DNA of 64,000 nt, taken from the NCBI RefSeq assembly GCF_964204645.1, contig NC_134033.1, positions 4,550,231 through 4,614,230 of the forward strand, written 5' to 3'. The notes beneath the pieces were generated by a model. That model saw only the letters and a list, made by a program, of their open reading frames with translations, was not told where the DNA came from and did not search any database. A program made the translations under genes and the position numbers. The DNA comes from Tubulanus polymorphus. Lineage: Eukaryota > Animalia > Nemertea. Within the stretch, counting starts at the first letter, position 1. Every line of letters starts with the position of its first letter. This document shows, one piece after another, positions 1 through 14,118 of this stretch.

Positions 1-378
1 TCGACCATTCACAAGTTAAAAATGTACTTCCTTGTTTGTGAAGTAAGTTTATTCATACTGTTATTAAAAGCAGTTCCTTTTAAACATTCTATAATAGTAT
101 AATTATGTTCGTGGATATCAATACTTCGAAAAATCAACAGCGGTTTATTTATTTATTGTACCGGTACGCATTTTCTTAATTGAATTGAATTGGTCCGGTC
201 CACAGGAATTGGCTATTTCAGATGACTCAAAACCAGGTTCCTATTTTTCGTTTCGTCTGTATTGTTCGGATTTTATACCATCAACAAATGAACTTGAACT
301 TTAATTTGTATTGATCCATATAATATACAAATGGAGGAACTCATTGGATTCAAGTCCCACCTACCTCAGTGTACTCTG

Positions 379-516
379 GGGCCGGTTGCATAGTCATGGC
401 TTATACTTAAGACCAGTCTAAGACCAACTTAGTTCTATAGCCAATCTAACAAGTTAAGACCAGTCTTAAGATTTAAGACCACTTTTGGACTTAAGTCACG
501 ACTGTGCAACTGTCCC
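379..516. mobile_element. PIF/Harbinger-like MITE
   Basis: Imperfect ~25-bp TIRs (gggccggttgcatagtcatggctta / taagtcacgactgtgcaactgtccc), flanked by CTG at 376-378 and 517-519; internal taagacca repeats; non-coding. Confidence 0.65.
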
Positions 517-533
517 CTGGATTGATTTTTTAG

Positions 534-1199
534 GTCCGATTTTTAAAGGGCTTTCCCTGGAGGGAAGGGAGGCGACTTACAAATCCCAAAATTAAAAAAC
601 AAGCTACGTACACGAATACCGAAGGTGGACAGGGCAAAGATACAACTCCTTATATGGATATGGAAGCAGGAAAGGGCAAAGATACAACTCCTTATATGGA
701 TATGGGATCCGGGATCGAGGCAGATACCTACTTGAGTACTGAAGGCGTGATTGGCAAACATACAACTCCCAGCGCCGGAGGAGATACAGACACAGATCAA
801 TACATGAATCCTGAAGCCTTGAAGACAAAGTATCTTCAGTTAACGGGGGATACTGATGAACCTGTAGCAGATGATGTTTATTCTTACGCTTCTGTTGAAT
901 ATAAAGCTCCTTATATGGATATGGGACCCGGTATAGACAAGGATATATACACGAATACCGAAGGTGGACATGGCAAAGATACAACTCCTTATATGGATAT
1001 GGGACCCGGGATCGAGGCAGATACCTACATGAGTACTGAAGGCACGATTGGCATACACACAACTCCCAGCGCCGGGGAAGATACAGACACAGATCAATAC
1101 ATGAATCCTGAAGCTTTGAAGACCACGTATCTTCAGTTAACGGAGGACACCGATGAACCTATGGCAGATGATGTTTATTCTTACGCTACTGTTGAATAA
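534..1199 (+). CDS. Probable terminal exon of a receptor/adaptor with a Tyr-motif-rich acidic tail
   Basis: Splice acceptor ttttttag ends at 533; frame of ORF 654..1199 is open from 534; repeated YMDM, YMNP, YLQL and VYSYA motifs. Confidence 0.6.
   Translation, partial: VRFLKGFPWREGRRLTNPKIKKQATYTNTEGGQGKDTTPYMDMEAGKGKDTTPYMDMGSGIEADTYLSTEGVIGKHTTPSAGGDTDTDQYMNPEALKTKYLQLTGDTDEPVADDVYSYASVEYKAPYMDMGPGIDKDIYTNTEGGHGKDTTPYMDMGPGIEADTYMSTEGTIGIHTTPSAGEDTDTDQYMNPEALKTTYLQLTEDTDEPMADDVYSYATVE
606..1197 (+). repeat. 297-bp (99-codon) tandem duplication inside the exon
   Basis: cagatacctac at 721 and 1018; gttgaat ends at 900 and 1197. Confidence 0.9.
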
Positions 1200-1819
1200 A
1201 CGTGTGATTACATTCCGTTAGAGGGTGCCACTGGACAAACAACAACCGATAATACGTATACAAAACGTAATAACGTGTTAACATCATTATTGTAATGGTT
1301 TCGGCATTTGTGAAATGAAGAACATTTAATTTACTGCAACAATAATTCATTTCATCATAATCCACCGTTTCGTTAGTGTAGAGATGCAGCAGACGGATGT
1401 AGGTCACTACAACCCCGCGCCACTGACGCAGTGCGCTGTCTTCATTTACATTCCATCTTTGTGTAGAGACATCACAACAAAATCGGTAATTTTTAGCAAA
1501 TGTATACTTTGGTCGAAATGTATTCAAACTGTAAATAGAAATTCCAAAAATTAACCTTTAAAATCGTTAACTTTAATGAGTAAGCATGAATTCAAAATGA
1601 AAGTCATTTGTAGCTAAACTAGATTTTTTAGTAAGTTTTAAGATTATGGAGATTTCAGAATTCGCCGACGACTACGAAAAAATTCCACTAGTTCATCGCC
1701 GTTGAACTCACCGTTAAACTTAGTATCCATCAATGAATTAGGAATGATATCTTGAATATTAGTTTAATCAGTATACCCCGAGGCACGTTTTATGTATAAG
1801 GATCACGTCTATATACATC

Positions 1820-1901
1820 GTTGCTGCTGCTGTTGCTGCTGCCTCTGCTGTTGCTGCTGCTGGCTGCTGCTGCTGCTGTTGTTGTTGTTGTTGTTGTTGT
1901 T
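1820..1901. repeat. Compound (GCT)n/(GTT)n microsatellite
   Basis: Directly visible. Confidence 0.95.
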
Positions 1902-4552
1902 ATTATCATTATAACATGAACAGCTGCATCTTTCCTCTATTTCGTCAAGAAAATCACATCACAGAAGACATTGTTCCGTTCAAATTTCCGGGTAGTTGCG
2001 GTAGTTACCGGGTATTTAGGTAACACAAAACGTCTAACAGAAAAACGATTTTCACGAAACAAGCACTGCGTGATTTGTGTAAACATTAGAATAGAATCAC
2101 CGGATATTATTTTTTTTTAATACCACAGGTTAAAGGTTTAGAAGCCGAACTTTCACCTCCTTCGATTACTGTTTAAATACGGTTTATAATATAGGAACTC
2201 ACAAGAGCTGTGAGTGTGTTTCCAAAACCATACACAGATTTAAGTCGATGTAGAAGAATGTCGTCGAGAACAGTCGTAGTCACCAACGTTAATCCGTGTC
2301 GAAAACCGATCAACCGAATCGTATTTTCAGTGCTTTCTATAAATATCTCGTAATGTATACTATTTTGGGGAATTAAAGTCAAATCTATCGTACTCTACGT
2401 TGTCTGTTCTGTGGTGGTCGGTCGTCACCGTCGCCGCACAATTTGGAGTCGTTCCTATAGACAAATGTTATGATCAATCGTATCGTTAAGCGCACTGAAA
2501 GGGTTCATATATTACTTTGAAGATGATCAAGTAAAAAAGAGAGAAAGAGGGCTTATGGTGGTCAAGCAAAAAACATTTTGAGGTTTATTGCGAGTCAGTA
2601 ACTCATAAACTAGTTTCCTTAGTTAAAAGCGATTTTTCGGAGATTAATTCCGATTTTGTAACCCGGAATAGACAAAATCACATTTATTTGAGAAAACTAG
2701 TTTATTTGTTATTCCCAGTTACTTACTCTGAATTAAACCTCTAAAATTGCATTTAGAAACAAGACAAGAGTAGAAAAGTCAATGAAGATGATCAGGAGGT
2801 TGAGAATATAAGTGATTTAGGAACAGTTGTAAAAGTTAAAGGTTATCGCAGAGGATGGGAATTTGATTAGCTGAATTGCAAGGGTGTTGTTTATCCACAT
2901 AACTGAGGATGAACGTAATTACATCTCACACAATTTCACAACGACAAATTATGACAATTGAAAGTTATCACATGAGGTGTGACCTATTGCACTGTGATAT
3001 ACACCTATGTGTTAGATAATTGATGAAATAATAATGCATGAATTTGAAAGGTTCAATTAAAACCAAGACCCTTTGGAACGCCCTGATCTCCGTGAAAAAA
3101 TGCACAGATTCCCAGATCATTCTTTTCTCCAATTAGTATTTAGAAACGCCTTTGATACAAAATCCTTTACTCCTTCAGTAGAATAAACGCACTCAAACGC
3201 GCTGAACGAATAATAAGAACCCACTATCTACACGTTACAATTTTTTTTTTTTAATCGAGAATTTATCTAATCAAAAATTAAAAGAACACGACCTAGAATT
3301 CACCCTAGAGATCATCATGATCTCAAAGGCGAGATCAAAATGTGGCGTACTTTTGATTATTTTTCTAGAGGATTTTGTATTTAAAAGGACAGTGTACTTT
3401 TGCCTGTGAACGCAAACCGCATTGCAAGTATATATAATATTATCTCTAGAGCAATGGAGCATGAGCAATAAAATAACGAATTAACAACGGTTAGTTTAAA
3501 AAAATGGAAAAGCGAACAGAGTGAGTGCAGTGTATGTACCTGTCATTGACACTATCCCGGGAGAAGAAGAGTACCTTCAGTGTGGATGATTGGATTGAAT
3601 GGTAGGTCTATGTGACTTATTTGTTTTACAATACAGTTAACCCCCAATATACCACCCTCAAATATCCTGTATTTCAAGTAATCATCTAATACATATTCCT
3701 ATGCCTCACGTTGCACATCCAGGAAAAGTCGAATCTTTCTTTTTTATCTAACCGTGAAACCTTACAAATTTGTGAATGACCGTCGAATGTCTAATTTATG
3801 AAATATATTAAAATGCAGAATACCTGGACATGGGCTGCCGGGATATTTTGTGCCCACATGAAGTGGGGGCAGTCAAAGTTGTTTGGGTAATCGGAGATCC
3901 ACTAGATGACACTATTCAGAACTCGGGCTTATACAGAGCAAGTCGTCCAAAACACTTGTTCAATGCATCGAAATAAAATGCTGCCTTGCAAACAATGCTA
4001 CCAGACCATAGGTCACTGACGTACTGGTCGGAGTGGTGACTAGGCAATTACTCTGTTTTATCGTTATTTTAATACAAAGAAACATTTCTGTGGATATGCT
4101 TATAAAAGCGGCACTTTCGGTGGAGAGAGGCGTGGCTACGGAAGAGGCGTGACACTACTATCAATCAGATTGATGTGTGACACGCAGCTGGCGTATCTCC
4201 CATCGTAAATAAAATCACCAGAAGATTCTTACCGCCGCAATTTGGTCCATGACAAACACTTTTACTGACGATATCGGATTATTTATAACGGATCGAGAAC
4301 CAAAAACTTGCATTTTCGAAAGCTGACTATTTCTATAAGAACGGGAATTTACATTGTGTGCTCTTTGCAGCGCCGTCATCGTAGAGTTTCTAATTGATTT
4401 CAAAACGGTGTATAAAAACTTTTTACCCAAGATCCGTCGTGAAGGAGCCGTGTGTGGATCGTGAATCACGCGAACAAGAAGAAAATACCAATCAATTAGT
4501 TGAACTTTGATGAGATATATTCACGAGTTAAAACAAATACGTCGATAAAGAA

Positions 4553-5647
4553 ATGAACTCGACTTCAAATTACGCGAATGAAACTTATCCCCAAGAACGA
4601 CACCTCTATGGCGCGTCCTGCTACTTCTATTTTGTCTATCCAGTGGATTTGGTGAACACTATGAACCGGTCGATAAAGTGGGTACACATTGTTTGCACCT
4701 CGTTCTTTATTGTCTTCGGTCTGATGACGAATATCGTATCATTAATCGTTATGATGATGCCGAAAATGCGCAAGAGCTCGTTCGCGGTCTACCTGGCAGC
4801 TCTAGCCATAAGCGACGGCGGTAATTTGATACTGCACAGTATTTTCTGGATTAATTACATCAGCGCCCTTTCGGGTAGACCGTTGGTCATCGTGGTCTTT
4901 GGAGGGTTCGCAAAGAGCTTTATGAAATACATAAGTATGTATTTTGCCGCTTTGAGCAGTTGGTTAGTAACATTGATAAGTATTGAACGTTTTATCGTTG
5001 TCTGTTTTCCGATGTCAGCGTCGCGTTTGTGTCGCCGTAGATCGGCCCGTGGCGCCACCTGTTGCACGGTTCTTAGCGTCCTTTGCGTAGTGTTAATCGA
5101 CGGTTCCCTGCGTCCATGGATGAACTACGACACCAGTTGTAGGATACCCAATCGACGCCACGACTCACGCGCTTTAGGGACTCTAATGATGGGCTACCTG
5201 CCTTTTATCATTATAACGTTTTGTTGCGTGAGTATAGTTGCAGTTTTGAGACTCCGCAGTGCTAGAATGCCGATCGCCGCCGTCAAATTAACCAATAACA
5301 GAGTTACTCGTCTTATGCTTCTCGTAATGCTGGTTTTTCTCGTTCTGTTATTTCCTACTATAGTTTCTCTCACTCTAGTTACCGTGCTCCCACACTTACG
5401 AGAAGTTCTGCAATTGGTATCGAGTTCAATATCCGTCATTCTTTCAGAAATAAGCTATTCAGTCAATTTCCTCATTTACGCATTGGCCAGTCGAAAGGTG
5501 AGGGAAGCGTTTGCTGAAAAGTTTCTTATTTGGTCGACAGATGGCACTCGTAGCAACATCCGATTAAGGGATCGAATGAATAACAAAATTAAGTCCAAAG
5601 AGACAACGGACTCTCCTACACCCGCTATTAATGCTAGTGAACCTTAA
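4553..5647 (+). CDS. Single-exon rhodopsin-class GPCR (FMRFamide/peptide-receptor-like)
   Basis: Seven hydrophobic segments; LAALAISD (TM2), ISIERF (TM3), LLFP (TM6), VNFLIY (TM7). Confidence 0.9.
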   Translation: MNSTSNYANETYPQERHLYGASCYFYFVYPVDLVNTMNRSIKWVHIVCTSFFIVFGLMTNIVSLIVMMMPKMRKSSFAVYLAALAISDGGNLILHSIFWINYISALSGRPLVIVVFGGFAKSFMKYISMYFAALSSWLVTLISIERFIVVCFPMSASRLCRRRSARGATCCTVLSVLCVVLIDGSLRPWMNYDTSCRIPNRRHDSRALGTLMMGYLPFIIITFCCVSIVAVLRLRSARMPIAAVKLTNNRVTRLMLLVMLVFLVLLFPTIVSLTLVTVLPHLREVLQLVSSSISVILSEISYSVNFLIYALASRKVREAFAEKFLIWSTDGTRSNIRLRDRMNNKIKSKETTDSPTPAINASEP

Positions 5648-7084
5648 AGGCCATCGATATTGTGTTTGACGTGGAAGCAGATGAATGTACAACGTTTTAG
5701 CACGTCTCAATGAATATACACGAAATGTATATTTACTCGATGTAAAAGAAAATCAGAATCGTTGGAAATATGAATAAATGTTTGCAACGTTAATGTCACG
5801 AAATGATCTCTTATTGTCATATTCTTATTGTCATATTTTAACATTTGGCATTCAGAAGTTTTCGTCTGAAATAGGCAGAAATACAGGTATCCATCTCCAG
5901 CACCCCTGGAAATATTCACCATTGTAACGTCAGGTCATATCGACCAGGTTTTGAAAATGTGTTGATTTAAGATCTAATCTGGTACGTAATTGATTTTAGT
6001 TATGTATTACTCGTTACCGTAAAACGGGGTGAATAGGAACAGGCAGTGGGAAAAGTTTTTTCTCTCCTCATATAAACTTTAACGTTTGACAAATTAATTC
6101 TAAATTCTTTTCAAACTTTAGCCACAACGCTAGCTAAGAAAAAACAAAGTAAATTATGGAAGTCAATAGGAACAGGCACATCTCTATGAAAAAAATATAT
6201 GTTCCTTTTCAAATTTTGATAAGTTGAATTTACTACCTTGTACCACTTGGTCATATGGACATGATATTTTCTGTAATCCAATCAATATTGGGTTCTACGT
6301 TAGGTACACGTATAACATGTAAATGACTGCACCAGTGAATGTAATGTTTTAAAGTTAATGTTGATTGCTGATCATGAAACAATTAAACCGGTAGTGCCAG
6401 CAGGTACACAACGAATTTTCGACGTCGATCCTGCGTTGAAGACTGTGATGTCGAAATACTAACGTGGATTTACGTCGATGGTTTTTTTGTTGTAAGCTGG
6501 CGTCGCTTTACTAGTTAATTTCAATGTTTTATCGACGTGGGTTAAAAACAAAGTTCTTTTCGACTAAAATTATTCGATCGGCGTAATAACGTCGCGGACA
6601 TCATACCGAAACAAAAACATGGAAAATGGTCACGATCATACATAAAGAGAGATTAATCATAAATATAGGTTCTAGATTTGGTTGCCCTCACAACGCGTTG
6701 TTGGGGCATGCTGTATTCACTTCGTCGTCCGTCCATCTGTCCGCAGTGTTTTCCGTGCCCTAGCACCTAAACCCTTTGACAGACTTTCTTTAAATTCAAA
6801 GAGTTGTGTTGTCCTTGGTCAGTATCTGATTAGATTTTGGGTCCTGTAGGTCCAAGGTCAAGGTCGCAGAAATCCATTTTGTGAAATTCATTTCCGGGCT
6901 CTAACTCACAGATAGTTTAAAATAACTAAATGAAATTCCATACGGATAGGTTATTCTATTCTTAGTGGGTAAGGCCACTGCAAAAGAAAACCCTGTTTCT
7001 CGGGCACGAACGACCCGACTCGATATTTCGCCATTTCAAATAATCATTTCCAGAAAAAAATATAATTGCCTATGAACGTCGCCA

Positions 7085-7605
7085 CCGGGTATACCCAACC
7101 AAGGACCGGTTAGTCTAACTTGTTGTTTACAGCAACTGGGCCAGATTCAGACCGTATAACATTAGATTTATCTACTAACTGGTAGTAAAAATCTGAACCG
7201 ACTAATAACGCTTCATTGAAAGAATTTGAACCACTGTTCACGCTATGTGCTAATGTTATACCCTTGAACTCAGGAATTCTAGAATAGGATGTAACTTGAA
7301 CTGACATAGGTTTAGTAATAACAGGGACAACTAACGCATCAAGCTCAAAACGTTCCTCTTCGACAAAAATAACATTCAAAGTAATAATTATCAACTTCTT
7401 TGAATCCTGATGATCAAGCACCAAAACCAGAAAAATTCTCGTCTCTCGTCTTGAAATTGATCAACTTATAATGATTGGGTTATGAATGACCTCTGAGATC
7501 CGTCATCAAATAACATTCCTGTATTTTCTATAATTATCTGACAGGAGGCAGTTGTCACAGCAGCAACAGCAGTTTTTAATAAAACCGAACCGCACGACTG
7601 CCATT
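7085..7605 (-). mobile_element. BEL/Pao LTR-retrotransposon relic (aspartic protease region)
   Basis: Minus-strand translation gives GSVLLKTAVAAV, MLFDDGSQRSFIT, LLVGSDFYY and GPVAV; broken by stops and frameshifts. Confidence 0.75.
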
Positions 7606-9394
7606 GAATAGTAGTACAGTAAACTCTGCCTAAGTCGGATCTGGCCGAGTCGTATATAACCGCTCAACTCGGTGCAATATAAGAAAAAAATTCAGTTTCC
7701 TATATGAAATAATGCTTTCGTATTCTCGTAGCAATGTCTCAATCGTTATCGTTACTTACTGCGGCTAAGTCGTATATTCTGAACGACCATTGGTCTAACC
7801 AGTATTATTTAACCCCTAGTAAATTCAATGACAATTTGTGACCGGACCAATAATGCTCGTAGGGCCGGCGCTGACCGTTCGAAACAGTAAATGAATTCTG
7901 CGGGTGGGTTCGAATCCCGGATAAATGACACTGACAGCAGAACGATTGCTGGCATGCGAGGTGGCACCCGACATGTGAATGCTGACCAGGGGATTTCCCG
8001 GCTACAGAATTAGATAGGGTTAATCGATCGCGCATCAGACAGATGATACAAGCCACGAGCAACCAAAAACTGATGTTACTTATTTAAATAGTACACATTC
8101 GATTATTTATTTACGTTTATTTCTGCATATAACAGTTTTTACAGTGAGTAAACCTTATATTAGCAACCATATTCCTTAATGAATGAGTTCCAAAATATTA
8201 AAAAAATGGTCCTTCAGAGTCGGATTCGAACCATGTCGGACGAAACTTAGGCGAAGACTTAGTACTGGTTATAGCCTGATCTGAAAAATCGACGCTTAAA
8301 GATGCATGATTCTGGTTTCTTTAATTCCGACCCAACTGTTGACTGTGTGTAACTTAGACTCATTCGAATCGATTTTAACATGTAAGCCAACCGGGTTTTT
8401 GGACGGGTTTGCTCCACGTAAACTATTATGTTGTGAAACTGAACATGATTTATATTTTATTTTGGAAACAACATCTTATACAAATATATACAAACATAAT
8501 ACACGTAAATATAATACACGTGTAAATGTGACAATATAAGGTTATATTTGGGTTCATTAATTAATTGTTCTTCTACGAATAAGATTCAATAAAACGTTTC
8601 GATATTCCGAAAAATTTGATAATGTTATTTAAGGACAAAACGATTCGCGTGAGCAATGAAATCATCAAAATCATCATCTCAAATAATCTCAACTAATTTT
8701 TCAAAAACTACAAATACTCCGATTTTGAGAGTATTTTAATATTGTTCTGTGAGCTCTCTAGAAAGTAGAAACTAGTTTGGATAAACATTCTGTCTCATGA
8801 ACATATGTTGAACCAAAATAATCCAGGAGTAATTCAAGAATTCGTCAGTAGGCCGATCTCGAAGAGTTCGTTAACCTAAAGAATCGAGAATTCCAAACAC
8901 TTACAACTATATCAACATGATACATATCGTTATGAAACCACCACTGCTGCTACACTAACAGATGGTTTTTTTTTGTAGAACTAGGTTTATAAAATCAAAG
9001 GCTTTTTTACCGTTGAAGATATCAATGTAATAAATAATTTCACGTTTATACATTTCGTCTCTAAAAAGCTTGAATTCATCCATTGTGTAAAACTAAACTT
9101 GAGTCGTCTACACGTGTTACAGTTGTTCGATGACTTTTACGCGCGTTGCGATGAAGAAACTACTCGGTACCACCGAATCAATAACGAATAGCGAATAACG
9201 TATGACGATTAACCAATAGCGGATAACGTTTAGCGATTGACGAACAACGTGGCGGTCCAGAAATTCCGAACGGTTGAGGTTTTCAAAAGAGAGAGATCGT
9301 GAAAATATATACATACAAGCATTCATAGAATGTGCATATTACGTGACGCATTGGTAGGTGTTCCATTTCATAGATTACAGGTTTCTCTCTCACG

Positions 9395-10462
9395 ATGAAT
9401 TTCAGTTCGCAGACGACTTCACTACTCTCTACAACTACTAGAAATCCCTGCACACCTTACGTATTCCAAAACGTATTGTCAATCAGCGTAAAACTAGCTG
9501 GAGGTTTTCCTATCAGTATCGTCGGAATAATTTTGAATAATTTCAGCATTGTGATTTTACGTCGCCAAACTTCAAATCACATATCGCTGTACATTCTGCG
9601 ATGTCTGGCAGTGGCTGACATAATCTTTCTTACATTTCACATAATTCAAGAGCCTTTTCGTTTCATTGTCTCCAGTTTGACCCAGGGTAGTCATATGTTC
9701 CTGATTCCTACGAGTATGAGTTGGGGTGTTCGGCCATGGATCTATCGGGTAGCTTGGTTACCGAGAACCTCAGCGCAAGTGACAAGGAACTGGATAACTG
9801 TACTGGTAGTTTTAGAAAGGTCTTTTTCTATCGCTAGGCCATTCTTCGCTAGAACTCATTCCACAATACCAAGGGTAAGAATTGTAGTTTGTTGTCTCTA
9901 TATTATTTTTGGTATCTTAGGCTCTCCATTGATTATCGGTACTACAGTAGGTATCTGGTTTTATGACGAATGTAATAAAGTCGTCATAAAATCCATCCGC
10001 GGAGCAAGCGATCCCATACGAAGATACTTTCTCACTGAAATATTTACGTGGATTGATCACTTTGCTAGTCCTTTGTATAAAGAAATCCTACCTGCTTTAT
10101 TGCTAATAATTTTCAACAGCCATCTGATATGGACTCTGAGAAAGATAAGTTCTAGGAGAAAAGAAATGACACACGAAGGCGAACAAAGGCTAGACGTGAA
10201 AGCTATCAGGATAGCTGTAGCTATTGTTATTCTGTTTATCGTCTGTGAAATCCCTGCTTCGTTCCGATCTTATAACGATTTCATAGGTCGCTTCTTCAAA
10301 ATGCCACCTATTAAATACTCTACCACCATTTATATGCTTCAAGTACTGTTTACCGATCTTTTACCGACCTTGAACTCGTCTGTAAATTTCTTTATCTATT
10401 ACTTAGCGAACGATAATTTTAGAGAAACTGCAATAAAACTGTTGAGAAGGCGGCCAATTTAA
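9395..10462 (+). CDS. Single-exon rhodopsin-class GPCR (FMRFamide-receptor-like)
   Basis: CLAVAD, RNWITVLVVLERS, ILPALLLIIFN, CEIP and NSSVNFFIY motifs; 7 TM segments. Confidence 0.9.
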   Translation: MNFSSQTTSLLSTTTRNPCTPYVFQNVLSISVKLAGGFPISIVGIILNNFSIVILRRQTSNHISLYILRCLAVADIIFLTFHIIQEPFRFIVSSLTQGSHMFLIPTSMSWGVRPWIYRVAWLPRTSAQVTRNWITVLVVLERSFSIARPFFARTHSTIPRVRIVVCCLYIIFGILGSPLIIGTTVGIWFYDECNKVVIKSIRGASDPIRRYFLTEIFTWIDHFASPLYKEILPALLLIIFNSHLIWTLRKISSRRKEMTHEGEQRLDVKAIRIAVAIVILFIVCEIPASFRSYNDFIGRFFKMPPIKYSTTIYMLQVLFTDLLPTLNSSVNFFIYYLANDNFRETAIKLLRRRPI

Positions 10463-13400
10463 AATCCGTCGAGCGAAACAGATATATTTTGGATCCGTCC
10501 GGGTTTTTTTTTTATTTCAGAGCCCCATCCCCTACGCCACTTTTGACGAGAATTTAAAATGTGTGATTGCCGTTTGATCACTAAACTAGTTAATTACAAA
10601 GATGGAACTGAATTTGCAAAAATCACTCTCGATACTTAAAGTTGCTGGGAACATAAAGATAATGATTAATGCAACATGAGCCAGGTACTTTGAAATGGAT
10701 GTTGTCATTGCGAATTTATTAAAAGAACTGTTGAAGGTATCTTTAAAACTGCGTACATTAATTATTTTTTTAATTAATTAATTTTTTTTAGAACATCAAA
10801 TCTCTATATGGATCCAATTAACCCGATTGCCTTCGTTCTTGCACTTTATGTCACAGTATCACTATCTCCGACGGTCTTAGTTATTACATAATAAGCAAAT
10901 TGCGATACTTTGTGATATTTGCTCACAGTATGAATTCAAGCGTATATGCGTAATTGTGTGATATATAATAAGTATCGTAGCGAATTGACAACGAGAGGGT
11001 TGTGAAATTGGAGGAACTGACTCCGTGGGATAACAATAGACAGAGACCTACCTACCTAGAGTCACCGTGACAAAAATAAAACAGCGCGAAATGGCTTCAA
11101 AATGATGACTTAAAAAAAGTTCGTAGCCACTATAATCTACATATAGAATAATTGTAATAAATCGTTGAATCTAATTCTGTCTTCTGTAATGAATTTCTAT
11201 CTTTTGCAATAAAACACTGATGTTCACTGGTACGACAACAAACAGTCCCATTACGAGATTATACAAAATTGAGAGGAGACCTCAAAATAACAAGAAACGA
11301 GTGATTTGAATCATCAATTAAAAAGCCGCGTCTTCTAAAAATATACCCGAGAAATATCGACATCAAAACAAAATCGCGCGCCCAAAATCAGCTCAAATAC
11401 CAATAAAATAATTCACCCATATAAAACCAGAAATCTAGGTTCCACACGAATAGGGCCCGACCGAAACCGGCTGTCTGAACCCGAAACCAGTTGTATGTAA
11501 GTAAATGTCATTTGTATTTCATAAGGAGTAGAGTTCAACTGTTCAACTCTTCATCTTACTCAAATCACACTTAACTCACAAACTGTCAAACATTTTCAAT
11601 TCAGTTCAATTGTAAATAAATGCAACTTTTATTGTTAAAAAATTCCACTTAAACTTACAAATTCTGTATTTTATATCAACAGCTGAAATTATGTTTTAAT
11701 TCAAAGATCTATCAACTAAGTATTCTAACCTAACCTATATATTCGGCCTACCCATTCAGGCTAGGGTTTTGGGGTAGGGAGGAGGATACTGAAATTGAGA
11801 GACATGATATACACTAGGTCACACCGGAATTCTTCAGTCACTCTGTCATCATCATTCAACTTAAGGATCAATCTTCTGTGACTAGGGGGTCTTGTTCTTC
11901 TCACTTAAGTAGAACATACAGGCCGTACCTGAATCGGGCCACTCTGTTGTGTGCTGGGGGTGAAGACACGTACTCTGTGGCCCAGTCCTCTGGGGTCTTG
12001 TCTCAGCGATGACCCTGAAATTGTCATGTTTATTTCAAGTAAAATATTTACATAAAAGGCGTTGTCTTGAAAAATCGGAAATTCTGTAAAAAAAAAAAAA
12101 ACCTTAAAATAGAGAGAAACCCTGGAATAAAAGAAGCATGAAATACAGGAACATGAAATAAAGATATGAGGCATAAGTAATAAACAAACTGCTATTTCTA
12201 TCTGTAGACCCAGAGACCCACAGGACCCTGACGTAAATAGCACCCCATTTACTAATTAACGCATTTTATTTAAAATTGTTTTAATATTCATGCATTTCTA
12301 TAACTTACTAACTCACCGAGTAAGTTCCTAAACTAATTAAACCTATAAAACATAATTTCAGCTGTTAATGTTTTTCTAACACAGTTTATCCAATTCCGTG
12401 TGTTTTATGTCTAATTCCAATGATAATCCTTGAGTCAATTTGAATCCTTGTGTTTTTGATAACAGTTTTTTTAGCACTGTTTATATAAATCCGGTAATTA
12501 GTTTGATCGCGATCCCATTCCAACTAAATCCTGCACAAGAAGACTAATTCAAATTCCATTTAATTTCCAGTAACAGCTAAGTTTTTGAGAACAGTTTATC
12601 TTAAATTCGTTTCAGCGCGATTCCATACATGTTCACAAGAGGTGTCTACTTTTTTTACAGGAGACAGTTTGAGCATCTCTGTCCAGACTGGTAAACCATA
12701 TACCATCGGGACAAACTCTAGGTGTGAACATATAAAAGACACCCAAATGTAATAATCTGTGCGAACGACAAAAATGGTCGAACCCAATGAAGCTTCGTAT
12801 TTCATATTATCTAACTATTGGGGGCACTGGTCATAATCCATCTTCGCTCTATAAACTGCGCGGCTCAACAGAAATCAATCCATTCTGAACTGCATGAAGT
12901 ATGTATCCATATAGTATGAATCAGATACTAGAAATATCTAATAGCAATTAATGATTTGATTTAAAAATTTAAAAATCAAATTTGATGATGCCGCTAACAC
13001 CAGGCCGTGCTGACAAAACATTCTCATCTGTGATCGGACGCATAATTAGTTATACTCGTCGATGATTGGCTAATTGGTACGAAATATGCATAATGTGAAC
13101 TGGATGAAACCGGTTTCGATGCGACCCGCGCGTAACGTGTGCATTTGACACATTTCACGTGACTTTTCTCATTTTCTACTGAAGGTCATTGAATCTGTAT
13201 CGTAATCTGTTCATTTCAGATATACAGTAAACCCCGAATCCTGGCTACAACAAAAATCATTTTCTGATTTCCTGATATATTTTACGACCTTTATCTCGGA
13301 CTTCGCTTACCTCGGAGCGAAGGACTGATAATAGAAGAAATGAGAACATGCGCCATCGAAATATTATCAGTGTTGTTTATGGTTTCGTGAAATTGTTTTT

Positions 13401-13555
13401 TCTTTCAAATTCGTGATTTCGTTGCGCGACACGTTCATTGAGAGCTATGTTTATATGGACGGGTTAAAACTGGATGCGCAGCGGACAGACACATAGCTGA
13501 TTTCAGCACAAACGATCAGTTTAATTGTGTTATACAATGTAACTTTATTGAAACA

Positions 13556-14118
13556 ACCCATTTTCTAGAAGACTAATTATAAATCCGAAATACGTTATCG
13601 GTATTTGCTGCATTTGTTGGCTCGTTATAGTTTCTATTATAGCGCTGTCATCGTCGTCTTACTTAGGAGACATTTTTTACGGTACAACCGGCGTTTGTTT
13701 GCCTATGAATTTACTAACAATCGACGTCAATGGCTGGCACTATTCATTCGCTATTTTTGCCTTGATTAATGCGGCCATATTGGCTTCGAAAATGACGACG
13801 TATGCTCAGATGTATAGACTCGTATCTGAAAGTAGGTCGGGCTCGGGTAGAGCCGATCCTACCGAACTGGTTTTAGCTCGAAGGAGTTGAGTTATCAATC
13901 TATGTAATCTATTTTGCTGGCTACCGATAATAATCGTTCAGTTTTGTGCCGTATTTTCGGTCGAGATACCGAACCAGGTGGCCGCTTGGCTGGCCGTTCT
14001 ATTTTTTCCGATCAACTCGTCTCTGAATCCTCTTCTTTATACAATACTAAATATCGATATGAAATCTATTCGTGAACGCAATAAACGACGATTAGGATTG
14101 ATGACATCCGGTAAATAA
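13556..14118 (+). pseudogene. Inverted 3' fragment (TM4-TM7) of the GRL101-like receptor
   Basis: Close match to the reverse complement of 31216-31780 (YGTTGVCLPMNLLTIDV...INSSLNPLLY); in-frame TGA at 13888-13890; no upstream part. Confidence 0.9.

Noticed and set aside
543-1097. Minus-strand ORFs over the Tyr-rich exon, and other short antisense ORFs in the track
   Set aside because: Shadows of repeats or of real genes on the opposite strand; no motifs.
7895-7925. tRNA gene (ggttcgaatccc; similar motif near 29315)
   Set aside because: Only a B-box/T-loop-like motif; I could not build a cloverleaf.
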